Of a stretch of DNA of 64,000 bases, positions 51,301-63,160 are shown in pieces. The notes under the pieces were generated by a model, which was not told the DNA's origin, did not search any database, and saw nothing but the letters and a program-made list of their open reading frames with translations. How positions within the stretch are numbered: position 1 is the stretch's first letter; each line of letters starts with the position of its first letter. The DNA lies in assembly GCA_963924565.1 (NCBI GenBank), contig OZ004614.1:10602001-10666000 (forward strand), in the 5' to 3' direction. The DNA is from Ascidiella aspersa (lineage: Eukaryota). The translations under genes and the position numbers were made by a program.

Positions 51301-54300
51301 TCGCGATGGATATGGCCAAAAAGAAAACAACGGCCAATGCTTGTTTGGTCAGCGCCCGTCCCTCTTGTATAGTGGTCGGTTGGTTGGCAAAAGACTGCGC
51401 GCGGGTTATTGTTGCTTGTTGAGGCAGAACCGGGCCTTTTGCTGCCGCCCGCGGGACCGCACCCCTTTGCCAGTAAAATTGACTGGACAATGCCGGGAAT
51501 GTGTTTTCCCAGTATCGGTATTTCAACGCTCGCTCAGGCCTTTTGATTGGTTTCAACCGGGTAAATTCATAAACTTATTTTGCTTATTTTGAGTATTTTG
51601 AAAAAGGTGATCTATACTAGATACGCTACACTGCCCTAAAGTCGTTTTGTGGTTTCTTGGTCGATGTTCAACTGTTTCGTTTCGGGTTGAGCGATGTAGT
51701 AGATTTCCCACCGAGTAAATATTGGTGCTAAATTGTTACATTATTTTTAGACTACAACGGTCTATTCAAGGAGCGCAACTCACTAACGCGTTTGTGTTTA
51801 ATACCTTTTTCGACCGCAATATCGCTGCGACTGCTGTCTGCCGTGCATGTAGCCCCCCCACATTCCCCCCATCTTAAAGGTATCCCCCGCGCTGCGGTTT
51901 TCGCCATAGGGACGCTTCACTGCACTTGCCTTGCGCCTTCACGCAAACGCGGTCAAGTAAAAACCGCAATTTTAACGCTATAAAAATGGCTTCAGTTTGC
52001 TTGATTTTCCTAGATCTGTGTTTTACCCTTTGTCCAGCTTCACGCGGCCTTCTTCGGCAGTGTGACCGGTTTGGTTGGAAAATTTCTTCTCGGCTTTTGT
52101 GGTTTATCTTGGCGAATTGCGGAACAAGGTTTTGCTGGTCTTTTTATGGCGAACATAGGGTGATTATAAACTGCATCCAGCCTTGTTGCTTAACCGCACT
52201 CAAAATGGCCGCATTTTAACAGATGTTCGCTAACGCTGGACTTTGGACTTGGTTTTAATTTGCGTGTTATGGTTTATTTTGAGAACACCTGCTCTCGTCT
52301 TATTTCTTTTGGACTATAATGAAAAAAATAACGCCATCCTTCATTTAAAACCGACATTTTTGGCCTCTTGCGTTTGTAAAAAAGCAGAGCATTGTTATTT
52401 TCTTATCGAGACATTTATCTTTTAATCGGTTTATTGATAAATATTTTCGCGATTTCCTACTGGTTTCACAAAACCATATTTTCGTTCGGCTTGTTTCCTT
52501 AAATATTTGTGTTTTTATGCTTTTGTATATTAGGTTGCGTTTAAATAGTCAAGAAAGGTATTTCACTTATAGTTCAGGATGTATTATTTATTACCTTTTT
52601 ATTTTTGTGTTTTGCAAATCCCTAACCTCACAACGAAATAACGTGTTTTTTTGGGGGGGTTAAATATTGGAACGGCCAAAAAGCATAGTTATTTCAGATA
52701 GGGACCAAGTAATGGTATGTCTGTTTTTTTTAATACCCTTTAATTTCCTGTTTGTTAAGGATGTCTGGTATGTAGCAACGAATTAACGTATTTCGATTTA
52801 CTATTTACGGTATTTTCAGCGTTGTAAACTAGGTTATGTTTTCCTATTTTTTTTGCGCGATTTCATTTGATGTAGAAATTAAAGGCAAAGGTTGCAAAGT
52901 GTAATCGCTTTGGGCATCGATTTGATTTCATTCCCGCTAAAGCGCCGCGTGTATATTACTGCCGTCAATCCGTTTTAAATTAAATAAAAATTAAATAAAA
53001 AAAATTTTAACTACATCCTTTTTACTTGCTTTCGACAGAGCATCTGTATAATTGCGACGAAGAACCTGCAAGTAGCGAGTCAAATGCGACCGCTGAAATA
53101 AGCTGGCAAGGCAGCAGTAGCGAAACCGGTCAAAACCAGCAGCAAGAACAACAAGTACTGGACGAAGACAGCCTCGGTCAGCTATCGGCCGTCCACGACA
53201 AGTACCACCTGCTAAAGTGTCAACTCAATCAACTACGTGAGTGTAGAAAACTTTTGCAGTACATTTTTTCATGTTCCGAATTCGGATTCGATTTTGTATT
53301 GCGACATAGCGAGCTTTTCGATTTAAAACTGCGAGAACTGCTGAACAAAGAAAAATTCGATCTTGTATTTCCTCTTATTGTTTCTTAACAATGCTTAGCA
53401 GTGCGACCAATAATTTAAGTTTTTAAAAATTGCCTTCCTAGGGAATTGAATTTAAATTTATATAAATTAAGAGTGTTACTTACAACGGGTATAATATAAA
53501 TTTCGCTAGTTTTCCGCCCCTTAGTCGAAAGAAGTTCTCCTTTATGGCGAACCGTAACCAATTGTCATATAGTTGTTTAATTCATAAAAACCAAAGCTGT
53601 TTTTAATTTTATCATAAAACATGCAAGCTTTTTACTAAATAGTCGTCCAACCAGTGCGAACCAATGACCCAGTTTGATGATCAGTGATTACTATTGTATG
53701 CCATCAGTCTCCTTATAGCTGATTTTTTATAAATTTTCAACACAAGGGGTGCGGGGTATTTAGGCATTGTAATATTTAAACAAAATCAAATATTTATAAG
53801 AGTTGCGTATGGGTGTTCACTCGGCCTTTTTGACCTGCTTTAAAAGTTTTTTTTTGTACCAGTCAAAAGTTCGTTGTTAGTTTGAAAGAGTTGCTTACCG
53901 CGTGCAATCTGCACCGGTCCTCTGCGAACAGCTCCGCGCTATTTTTTTTTTGTTCATTCATTCATCCATTCCGAGAATGACAGGGGAACTCGTCTGTTGT
54001 TTTACCCTCGAAATTAAACAAATACGAAGCGAAATGTTTTGTCGGTAAATCACGCCCGCGCTTAATTGCAATGTGTCGCCTAGCCGTTTTTACGATCAGA
54101 ATTACTTTCGGGTTTAGAGGTGCGGACCTGCACACCCGCAATAACCGCCTGCTCGTCGCAATAAAGTTTCTGTTATGAACCACCCTCGTATGACCTTGAT
54201 AGAACGCTTTAAGTTTTCATGATGCCTTTTTCCCTTTAAGCCAGTGGATTTTAAACGTTTCTAGTGGATTTAACTCTCGGTGCATACAAAACAGCAATTA

Positions 54301-57300
54301 TTTTACTTAAATTACAATTGTTTTTAAGTCAAAATAAAAAAACTTGTCAGATGCAGACTCACAAATATAAATCTCTTTACCGATTTACATCGCCATTTTG
54401 TCGAGCATTTAATGTGGAACGCTGCTATAGTTGAATTGCTTTTACCCAATACTCATTACAAGCTCAGCGATGCGTTTCAATCGACCTTTCCCTCAGTTTC
54501 GAAGTTACGCATTCCTGTTTTTTTTTTCAAGTTTCTTCTTAGCTTCCTGGTCTCCGTTGATTGACGGTGCGCGACGGCGAATCGCTGTACACAAATTACT
54601 GCTTTCTTAGAAATAGTTTCGTCTTTTCGGACGGACTTGAAAATTGAAACGCGTCGCCGGAAAAACAATGCGCGCGTTCGCTCAACGTCACTGTCAACAA
54701 CTGCGGACAAAACTGTAAACAGCGGCTTACTGGCCCCAACTTTATAAACAAATTTGTCTAGGTTTTTGAAAGCGACTTTCACATTATTTTTCTGCTTTTT
54801 TTATGTCTATACTGTGGCCTATGCATCTTGTAAAACAAACGGGAAAAGTGCTTTGTTGATTAAAAAAAAAATTAAATCCCATGGACTTAATCAGCGCGCA
54901 ATGACTTGCTAAGTTCAGCCATTTTTTTAAAATTAAAGTAAACGGTTTTAGGTGTATCTATGCCGCGTTATTTGTTACAAAATAAATTGCCGGTGTGATG
55001 TGCGGACCGCGTTTGGCAAAGTTTGAAAGAAAGCCGAAACCTGTTTCAAGTCTTGTACTCGTCGCCTATTTGGGTAGACCAGGCACGAAGCACTGTGCTA
55101 GGTGCAAATTGCGTCCAAGTTTAGAACGCTCTGTTTACGCGTTTGAAGCTGGCGTTTAGAAGGACCGGCTACTCTAATGCCAGTTTACCGCCGTACTTGT
55201 GTATGGTGCAGTGCTGCCGTGTTTACGCTTTTCTTGTCTGCCTCGACCGAATGCTATATCACCGCGCCAACTTGAGCGCTGTCTAATCGCATTTTAAAGG
55301 TACGGCGACTGGCCGGCCTTCTGCAATTATTTACTGTCCATGGGAATTTGACCGCTTCAGATTTATGACCGCTGCCTGGCAAATCGCCCTTTCGCTCTCT
55401 TGCCTTTACTCCGAGATTAAATTACAGAGCATGCAAATTACAGTTATTACGGCTGGGGGGTTCTTGGAATCAATAGGCAAAGGGTGCTGTAAGTGCTTTG
55501 ACCAATCGGTTGTACTTTGGGTTACCTTTTAAATATTTGCATCGCAAGGTTTGCTTTTGGCTAATCTAATCCATTTTTGGACAGATAATATATACAGGAT
55601 TGTATTTTCAATCCGGTTACTCCTTTTAAGCCACTTTAAAAACTGTTTTGGTACGTTTGAAAACGTATAATTTACGCTTAGTGGGTGTTTTTATATTTAT
55701 AATAATATTTAAAAAAAAAACGTATAATTTACTACGAAAAAAAACTGATTTTTTTTAAACACCTGTAATTTACATTTTTGTGGCAGTTTTAATTTTTTAG
55801 TTAGCAATATATCGGCACAACGCGCTGCCTCAGCCCCTAAATAGTTTTTATTGCTGTTAGCTGCTACGCTGATGTCCGATGCTTTTTACTCCAAACCTTT
55901 TTTTCATTGCGTTACTTTCCTTTGATTGACAGGCGGCGGCGAGGCCGGAGCGCCCAGCAGCTCGCTTGATCTCATTCAGAGTGACATCGTCGAGACGCTT
56001 CTGAAGATCAACGAGGAAGTTATTCACCTCCCATCTACCTCAGTCCTCTCTCCGGACCGAGACAATACAGCCAACCGGGACGTGTAAGTTCGGCCGTCCT
56101 TGAGTTTTTGTTGCCCGTGTCGTTATTGCCTTTGTGTAAAACAGGGATCCTTAAACTGGTGTCTGTGGACCCATTGGGGTCGGTGAACTACTTTTAGAAG
56201 GTCCCATGAAGGCCTAATTAAAATATTAGTGAATATTTAAGAAGTAATCAATTTTTTTCAAGAAAACAGTTTAAAAAATAAAACCGCTTTGCAAAAAATA
56301 AAACCGCTTTGCACTGAATGTATTTAGACTCCATTTCACTTTCACATTTTTGGACCGAAATCAGCAGATTTCAAAAGTTTATTTGTACTGAGACGTCATT
56401 TTTGAAAATTTCTTACCTACCGTGGTTCACGCTAAGCCAAAAAAATGAGGGGTCTGCGTTAAAATAGGTTAAAAAACCCTGATTTAAAATATATTTTCAC
56501 TTATCCGTGTATTTAAGTGGGTAATGCCTATATTTTCCATCGCATTTATTTTACTTTTTTTTCATTAAGATCGCATTTCGGGTAATTCCAGGTAACTTTG
56601 AGTTGATTAATTATTTTTTTCTCTGCAGCATTGAATTATCTTTTTTTATTGACAAATAAACATTTTTAGCAACTCGTTTTCAACTATACATGGAGTAGAG
56701 CAGTTGCCTAAAATTTACCTACAATCTTCTTGCACCATTCCCGCATTTTCGCCACAGTTTTCGTCGCCATGCCGCAGCTTTTTTTGCGCTTTTTTGAGTG
56801 GCAATCGCCAGGCCAGGACGCCGTCACGGATACCCGACACCACCAAGCCTGCTTACGCGAACTAGTTGAAAATACCAAAAACTGCGGACAGTCTTGTTCG
56901 CCTGGCCAACCATGTGTTACAGGAATGCGGGTCCGCAGCATTCGCTTGAAGCTTATTGGGGCGTGGTAAACACGCAACCCTACTGGCTGGACATGGGGCT
57001 ACTTATTTCCGGGGTTAGCTAGCATTTTAGAAAGAGCGCAGTCGGCTGACCGATTCGCAGTTATTTCTACGTTAAAGCGACGGCGAAGCATTCCTGTCGG
57101 CCACTTATTTTGTCACCACTGACCACAGTTTTAGCAATTACTTGCTGCTGAGGCGTACAATTTAAAATAAACACGGCCGCTAACCTATTTTACGACAGAC
57201 TTTTATGGTACTTCTGCTGGATTTGTAGCAAATGTCGTTCCTCCTAACTTGGGCCAACCTAAACGTTATTATAAGATCATATTTTTATCGGAATTTTAGC

Positions 57301-57822
57301 GGGATTTAGTTTTGTAAGTGGTAGTCTTTATAGTGGAGGGCTACAGATAAGTTCAAACCTGGTTTAACATGGTAAAAACATATAAAAATGATTTCGAAAC
57401 TGTTTGATTGTATTGTGTATGATATGGAAGGCTTTCTTTTCCAGTGCGGTCCACATTTTCTATAATATTATTCCAAGAGAACTTCTTTTTATCACATATT
57501 TTACCGTTTTATGTAATGTAATGCGTTTTACAACATCTGCATGTTTAAAAAAGGCACATTGTTTGATTTCTCAAAATGTGCGCGCTTTGCTGACTTTGCC
57601 TCTTTGGGCAGTCAGCAAGCCTTGCGGTCGCGTCCGACCGGTCAAGCGTACAAAACCTAGAAAATACCGCCGCCTAAACTGGACGTTCCTCTTTTTCCGC
57701 AGCGCCGGTGACCATTCAAGCGTGTCGGACGTCATTTCTGCCCGCGATCGAGCCAACCGAATCCAGGAAATCAAAAAGAGAGCGTCGTCCGCCCGCGCTA
57801 GCTCGCGATCCGGAGCACTAAG
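22984..57822 (+). CDS. SNAPC1: snRNA-activating protein complex subunit 1 (SNAP43), exons 1-6; 3' end runs into the FoxH locus
   Basis: Exons 22984-23099, 23489-23633, 26731-26950, 53039-53236, 55933-56083 and 57703-57822. All introns are GT-AG and phase-consistent (2,0,1,1,2). The protein has GVQSDVEALLQKF…RYEDFARLW…LPPYSLQVRVGAVYLLYGLYHTQ…VHDKYHLLK…SLDLIQSD…DRANRIQEIKKRA, collinear with vertebrate SNAPC1. Confidence 0.9.
26294..26699 (-). mobile_element. Non-autonomous hAT (Buster/Charlie-like) element with a transposase C-terminal remnant
   Basis: CAGGGGTTCTTAACCT terminus. The minus strand encodes broken LCECGFSA…IKTKARNRLHVESDIRL…KKQGQPSH* (hAT dimerisation domain). Confidence 0.75.
26931..27360 (+). 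repeat. Three ~145-bp tandem copies including the SNAPC1 exon 3 donor
   Basis: CACC…CTAG|GTAGGTTGC(A/G)TAAAG recurs with donors after 26950, 27097 and 27240. Confidence 0.85.
30858..31161. mobile_element. hAT MITE family (CAGTGGTTCT TIR), copy 1
   Basis: Inverted relative to 32919..33222 and 38875..39169, with shared internal sequence. Confidence 0.75.
32919..33222. mobile_element. hAT MITE family, copy 2
   Basis: TIRs CAGTGGTTCTCAACC…GGTTGAGAACCACTG. Confidence 0.8.
38875..39169. mobile_element. hAT MITE family, copy 3
   Basis: Same TIRs and internal sequence, with a perfect 8-bp TSD ACATATAG. Confidence 0.82.
48160..48371. repeat. Two (CT)n microsatellites within a CpG-rich island
   Basis: (CT)n runs at about 48160-48179 and 48342-48371. 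Confidence 0.8.
56142..56481. mobile_element. hAT MITE, inverted relative of 2925..3238
   Basis: CAGGGATCCTTAAACT…GGTTAAAAAACCCTG termini and shared internal segments. Confidence 0.65.
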
Positions 57823-58403
57823 GTACGATTTTTTCCGATTTATTTTAGCGAGCGAAAGACCGAGCCTTTTTCTACTATTCTCTTATGGCTTTGTGCCCTT
57901 GTTTTTTGTGGCAAGCGCTGATCGACCTTTAAAATCCCGCCAACTGACCTTATGATTCACTACGACCACCATATCTGACATTTAAAAATAATTTTACGCC
58001 TAAAAGGCTTGCACACAACCCTTATAAAATCAGTATTTGACGCTTTGAAAATGAACCTTTCGAATTCTGTTAGTGAACACTACGATCACACGGCAGTTTG
58101 CGTCGCAACGCGTTTCGCGTTAAATTATGTATTTATGCCTAATATATAGCATAGGTTAAGCATAACCTGTACCACACGTTGCACCGCGGCCAACGTGTTG
58201 TGTGTGTTCTGCGCAGCGTTCTTATCGCGAGTCCCGCGGCTATTCGTGCGCCCCGAACGACGCCCAACGCTTCGCAAATACGCAAGTTGTTTAGAGAAAT
58301 TTCTCGGAACGCGCGTGCGCCTGTGTGTAATCCCGCTCGTGTGTTGCGTAAAAACGCGCCCGCCGACCAAAAAGTGACGCGTCGCTACTCTTTGCCACCA
58401 GTG

Positions 58404-61400
58404 ATGACGTCATGCAGCGATGAGGCTCTAGCGTTGGCAAGCAGCCATTGGCCCTCCAGCATCGCGTCGATGACGGAAACAGCAGCGGCACCGAGCATCT
58501 CCCAGTTGCAGCAGTCGGTCCTGGCCTACAGTAACGCGGTCGATGCCCAACAGGAATCCCCCGCCGCCCCTGGAACCACGGACGCCCTGGTGAATGCCGC
58601 CGTCCTGCGACAGAAGCTGGAACTCTATTGGAGCCAGGTGCTCCAGTTTCAAGAGCAAAAGAGCAAAGTATCGCCTGCTACGCAAGCCTTACCGATTTCC
58701 ACGCCCAATCCGGCGGCCATCGTAGCATCTCGAAGTCTACCGCCGCTTGTTGACTCCGTAGCGGAGGCGAGGAGCATGATGATGCAGCGACTCATCAACA
58801 GCGGGAATCCGACATCCGTGTCCAGTCCTCTTCACCACAACAACCAGCAGCAGCAGCAGCAGCATCATCCGCTGTCTAGTCTCGTCGCCATAGCGGCCAA
58901 CCAAAAGGCCTTCAGCGAAGCGGTGTCCGCCAGCCACTCCCTCGGCTCCCTGCTCCCTCCTCCGCCACTCCTACCGCTTTGCTCCTCTTCCTCCCACCAG
59001 GGAGCACTACCACCACCACCGCCTCCTCAGTACAGCTTTCCGCAATCACTTATTTCGCCGCATCGCCACACCGCTCCGTCTACTGTGCAAGCCCACCGCC
59101 AACCCCAAGCTACCTCGAGCCCCCTCGATCTTTCAAAAGTCCACGACTCGCCGCCTCCGCAGCGCAAAAAGACAAGTCTGCCTCCGGCTAGCTCAGCCGC
59201 GAACGACAACCAACAAGACGCCGTTCCCCTTGACTTGAGCACCTCAACGAAGCGCCACCATTCAGACGACCGCTCAACCATCTTGCCGGACAAGCCAGTG
59301 CTGCAAAGCACGCCGCTGAGGAAATACACCGAGCCTTCGTCGGTCGCTGTGACGTCTCTTCCGCCAATTGCATCCACAACGTACGCTTCTGGTATTCCCC
59401 AGACCACGCAAGCCCTGTCGGCCATCAACGCTCAACATCTCCTAGCCCTAGGACCGTATCTGCAGAACAGCGCTGCCGCTAACCGCGTGCCGCACTCCCG
59501 ACCCTTTCCCACCCACAACGGAGCCCTGCCCCAGTACCCCCCGCCCCAGCCGGCCCCACTGGGCAGCGACTACTTGCAGAAGTGGCTTCAGGCAGCACAG
59601 CAGCAGCGCCAGCAAGTGGCCACCATTGCCCAGCCCCCGACCAAGAAACCGCGAACGGTGAGAGAGTTGTTTTTTTATTCTACCGCTTAAGTTGTGTAAT
59701 GAAGATTGCCATTTCTTGTACGTGTGTAAGTTTAGGTCATTTAGTGGTTGCGATTAGATAAACTTGATGGTATATATTCCTCCAAACCACTATCGACTTT
59801 AGTTTCACCAACTTCCCAAGCATACGCACAGAAATTCTAATTCCGCTTCACTTTATTTTGTTGCCTGTCGACTAACACAACACTAGGAAACTTTGCGCAA
59901 TCGTAAAACTAGTGCTACGTCGCTGGTAATGTTACGTTTATAAAAGCGCTACGAAAAGTTTTTTTTATGTTTGTTTGCTGTTTAAAAAAGCACTACTGTC
60001 AAAATTAACCGAGTGTCGGTTTTTCGCAGGACGACTTTCTCGCCGCCGCCCAACTCCAATTCAACGCCTTTAACGCGTCCAAAGCGGCTTCGGTGGCAGC
60101 TGGTGGCCACCAGGCCGTCCAAACCGCGCCCGGAGCCCAACAGACGCGCCCCGGCGCCCGCCAAGTGGGCCTTAATCAGCAACCAACCGCGGCCAACGGC
60201 GCCAACGGCGGCGCTTCAAGGTCCAGTGGCAAGCGGTACAAACGCTACGCGAAGCCGCCCTATTCTTACGTTTCGCTCATTACCCTCTCGATTCTGAGCT
60301 CGCCCGAGAAGAAGCTGCGCCTCTCACAGATCCTCAAGCGCATCTCCGAGATGTTCCCCTTTTTCAACGGCTCCTACCAGGGATGGCGCGACTCTGTCCG
60401 GCACAATCTCTCACAGAACGAGTGTTTCGTCAAGGTGAGCGCGCCCGTCTTTTTGTTTGTTTTATGTTTGAGTGCTTTTGATTTATTCCAGTGCTTCCCA
60501 ACGTTTTTCGGTTCGCGGCCCACTTTTAATGCAAGTTTATTGTGCGACCCACAATAAAATTTGTTTAGCCATAATTTTAAATGCAACTAATTAGAAATAA
60601 GATAAACAAAGCCTGCATCTTTACTACTGGCGTATGTACTAAAATAGTTAATGCGACAAAACACATTTAATTGTTACGTATTTGTTACTTTGTTGCTCAA
60701 ATGTTACGGAATGATTGCAATAATTTTCCGATATAACAGAAAACTAACATTTAGAAATTCTTCGCCACCCGCCGACCCACTGGTTGGGAAGCACTGCTTT
60801 AGGGACATTTTACGACTTTTTCTTCGGGTCAAATGTTTGAAAGGAATAAGTCCCATAGCATCAAGCGCAAAATATTCGGGAACTTTTTTTTAAAGAATAA
60901 AAAATAATTTAACCGACCAAAAACAACATTGCTGGTTTTCTTTACAGCTAAACATTTCGGTTAAACGAAAATTATGTAATTTGCGACCAAACAGTTTTGA
61001 AACTTTCTTGTAACGTTTTCGAATCGACGCCATCTGAAAAAAACGTGTCATTTATGAGAGATCAAGCTGTAAATATACGATTTGACAATTGACGATTGAC
61101 ATTTGCCATACGTAAATGTTGTGCATATTCAATATAACTAGATGTTAGTGCAACGAAACCTAGACTTCGTTATGTTTTCTTTAAAAGAGATTTGTTGTTT
61201 ATGTCGTTATGAAAATTACACTTAACCATTTTGCCGACCGCTTATTTTCGGGGAAAATTTTTTCTGGGGATGATTTTTATCTTAGAAACTGCCGGAAGAT
61301 TGTTGCTATTGCATCAGGTTCCCAGTTTTTCAGATGCACTATTAAATATGAATGTTTTTTAATTAGACTTTTCGTTTACATGTTTACCCCATAAAGTCTC

Positions 61401-62454
61401 CTAAATGCGAGTTTATTTCAATATTCGTTATTTTGGGGGTACAACTTTTTCATTTTTTTGGCGACGTTAGTTATCCGCACACTGCAGTTGCGAATCGCAT
61501 AGTAATTTAAACTAGGCAACGTTTTCTCAAGGTTGCAATTTTAAGTGGAGTGGTCTGTATCTCCCGATCTTATCACACAGCCCACATGGCCGCTGATTTC
61601 CTATCTCCTTACGGCAAAATGACAAATGGTAACTTTGCGGAAAAAAGAGCGCTTTCAAATTTTGTGTGATTAACCCTCGGCGCGGTTTTGCTCATGCAAC
61701 CCGTTGTACCCAGTTTCCTACCTAATCGCCCGAAACCGCCCTGAATAATTGATGCCAACCAGCCGCCGTCTGTTTTGCAGGTGCTCAAGAACCCGTACCG
61801 GCCCACGGCCAAGGGCAACTACTGGACGGTCAACGTGACGGCCATTCCGCACGAGCTCTTGCTTCGCCAGAACACGTTGGTGTCGCGATACGCACAAGAC
61901 TCCGGATACCGTTACCGCAAGGACCTGACCGACGTCTTCGACATGATCAGCGGCGAAGTGCGCGTCAATATCCCGCGGTACGTGTTCGATGGCGCCGATC
62001 TCGTCGAAGACCCGGCCGCCATCATGGAGTCGCTGCTCTTGGAAGAGAAAGGCGCCGACGACGATAGCGGTGGTATTGGTGCGGCGGGAGCGATGCCAGC
62101 GCACGGCGGTAGGGTTTACTCGCTAGCAGACATGTTCAATCAAGACGACTTCATCGAGGAGGACCTGCTGCGTCAGCATCAGCACCACGGCAACCGGTGG
62201 AATGGCAAGGCACGCTCTAGAGCTGCTCAGAACAAGGCGGCCAAACTCCAGCAACAGCAACAGCAGCAGCAGCTTCATCAACAACAGCTCCAACAACAAC
62301 AACAACAACAACAACAACAGCAGCAACAGCAGCAACAGCAACAGCCCTTCCAGCAGTACATGAACAGCATGGAGTCGCAGAAGCTCGCCCTTCAAATGAT
62401 CACCAACCAGCAACAGGCTTTCAGCACAGCCAACACCATAACCACCAGTAGCAC

Positions 62455-62485
<31 letters not shown>

Positions 62486-63160
62486 ATGATCGCGCAGCAG
62501 CAGGAGATTCTGGCCAAGGCGCTGTCGGGCCAGATGCAGGGCTGCTTGCCCACTCTGCTGCAAAGCATCTACGCAAAGAGCCAGGCCGCGCAAAGTCGCG
62601 CCGCCGAGGACGCGGAGGCTGTGGTCCCGGTCGCAAAGTCCCCTGTACAGTCTCCCCCCGCTACAGTCGCTACAAACCATTCCACCCACAGCGAGTTTGA
62701 GCACGCCAACTTGGCCGCCAAGTTGGAGCCGGCGAGTGGCGACGAGCCTATGGCCGAACACAACTGGAATCAAAACAACGCCAAGCGCAGTCGACGCAAG
62801 GGAGTGCAGCCGATGCGACGCTACTCGTCCAACGACTCCGGCGTCAAACCGGAGGCAAGCCCGCGCGCTACCAGCGTCGTTGACAGCGGCATCGTCGGTT
62901 CCTTGTCTCCGCGCTCGCCCACCCGGTCCTTTTGCTCCAGTGAGCCCGACGTCGGCCCCGTCGGCGGCCTCGCGATCGACCAGTCGTCGCCCGTGCGCTC
63001 GCAGTCGTCCGACGTCTCGGCCGTCGACACGCTCTCGTCGTCGCCGCGTGACGACAGTGATGACGTCATCGTGTCGCCCAATAGCTTCGCCCCGCCGTCG
63101 TTTGTGCTTTTCGGCGCCGCGGCCGCCGCCCGACCGATGGAGACCGGCAAGACCATGTGA
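58404..63160 (+). CDS. FoxH: Forkhead box H (FoxH1/FAST-like) transcription factor, about 1,012 aa from ATG 58404, possibly extended N-terminally by SNAPC1
   Basis: Exons 58404(or 58217)-59657, 60030-60434 and 61781-63160, with phase-0 GT-AG introns. The forkhead domain [13 protein letters not shown]…FPFF…[20 protein letters not shown]|[23 protein letters not shown]…LLRQNT…KDL carries FoxH-type features. Confidence 0.9.
60489..60796. mobile_element. hAT-type MITE in a FoxH intron
   Basis: TIRs CAGTGCTTCCCAAC…GTTGGGAAGCACTG. No clear TSD. Confidence 0.7.
62249..62486 (+). repeat. CAA/CAG polyglutamine tracts in FoxH
   Basis: Interrupted Gln tract of about 30 residues at 62249-62345 and a 10-Gln run at about 62456-62485. 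Confidence 0.9.

Noticed and set aside
27500-52500. Dozens of 60-230-aa ORFs on both strands
   Set aside because: No recognisable domains, no consistent splice phases and mostly non-ATG starts. They are expected by chance in GC-richer islands.
57823-57955. SNAPC1 ending by read-through into intron 6 (360 aa)
   Set aside because: There is a good AG|GTACG donor, the tail is T-rich and intron-like (YDFFRFIL…), and no AATAAA follows. Disfavoured but not excluded.
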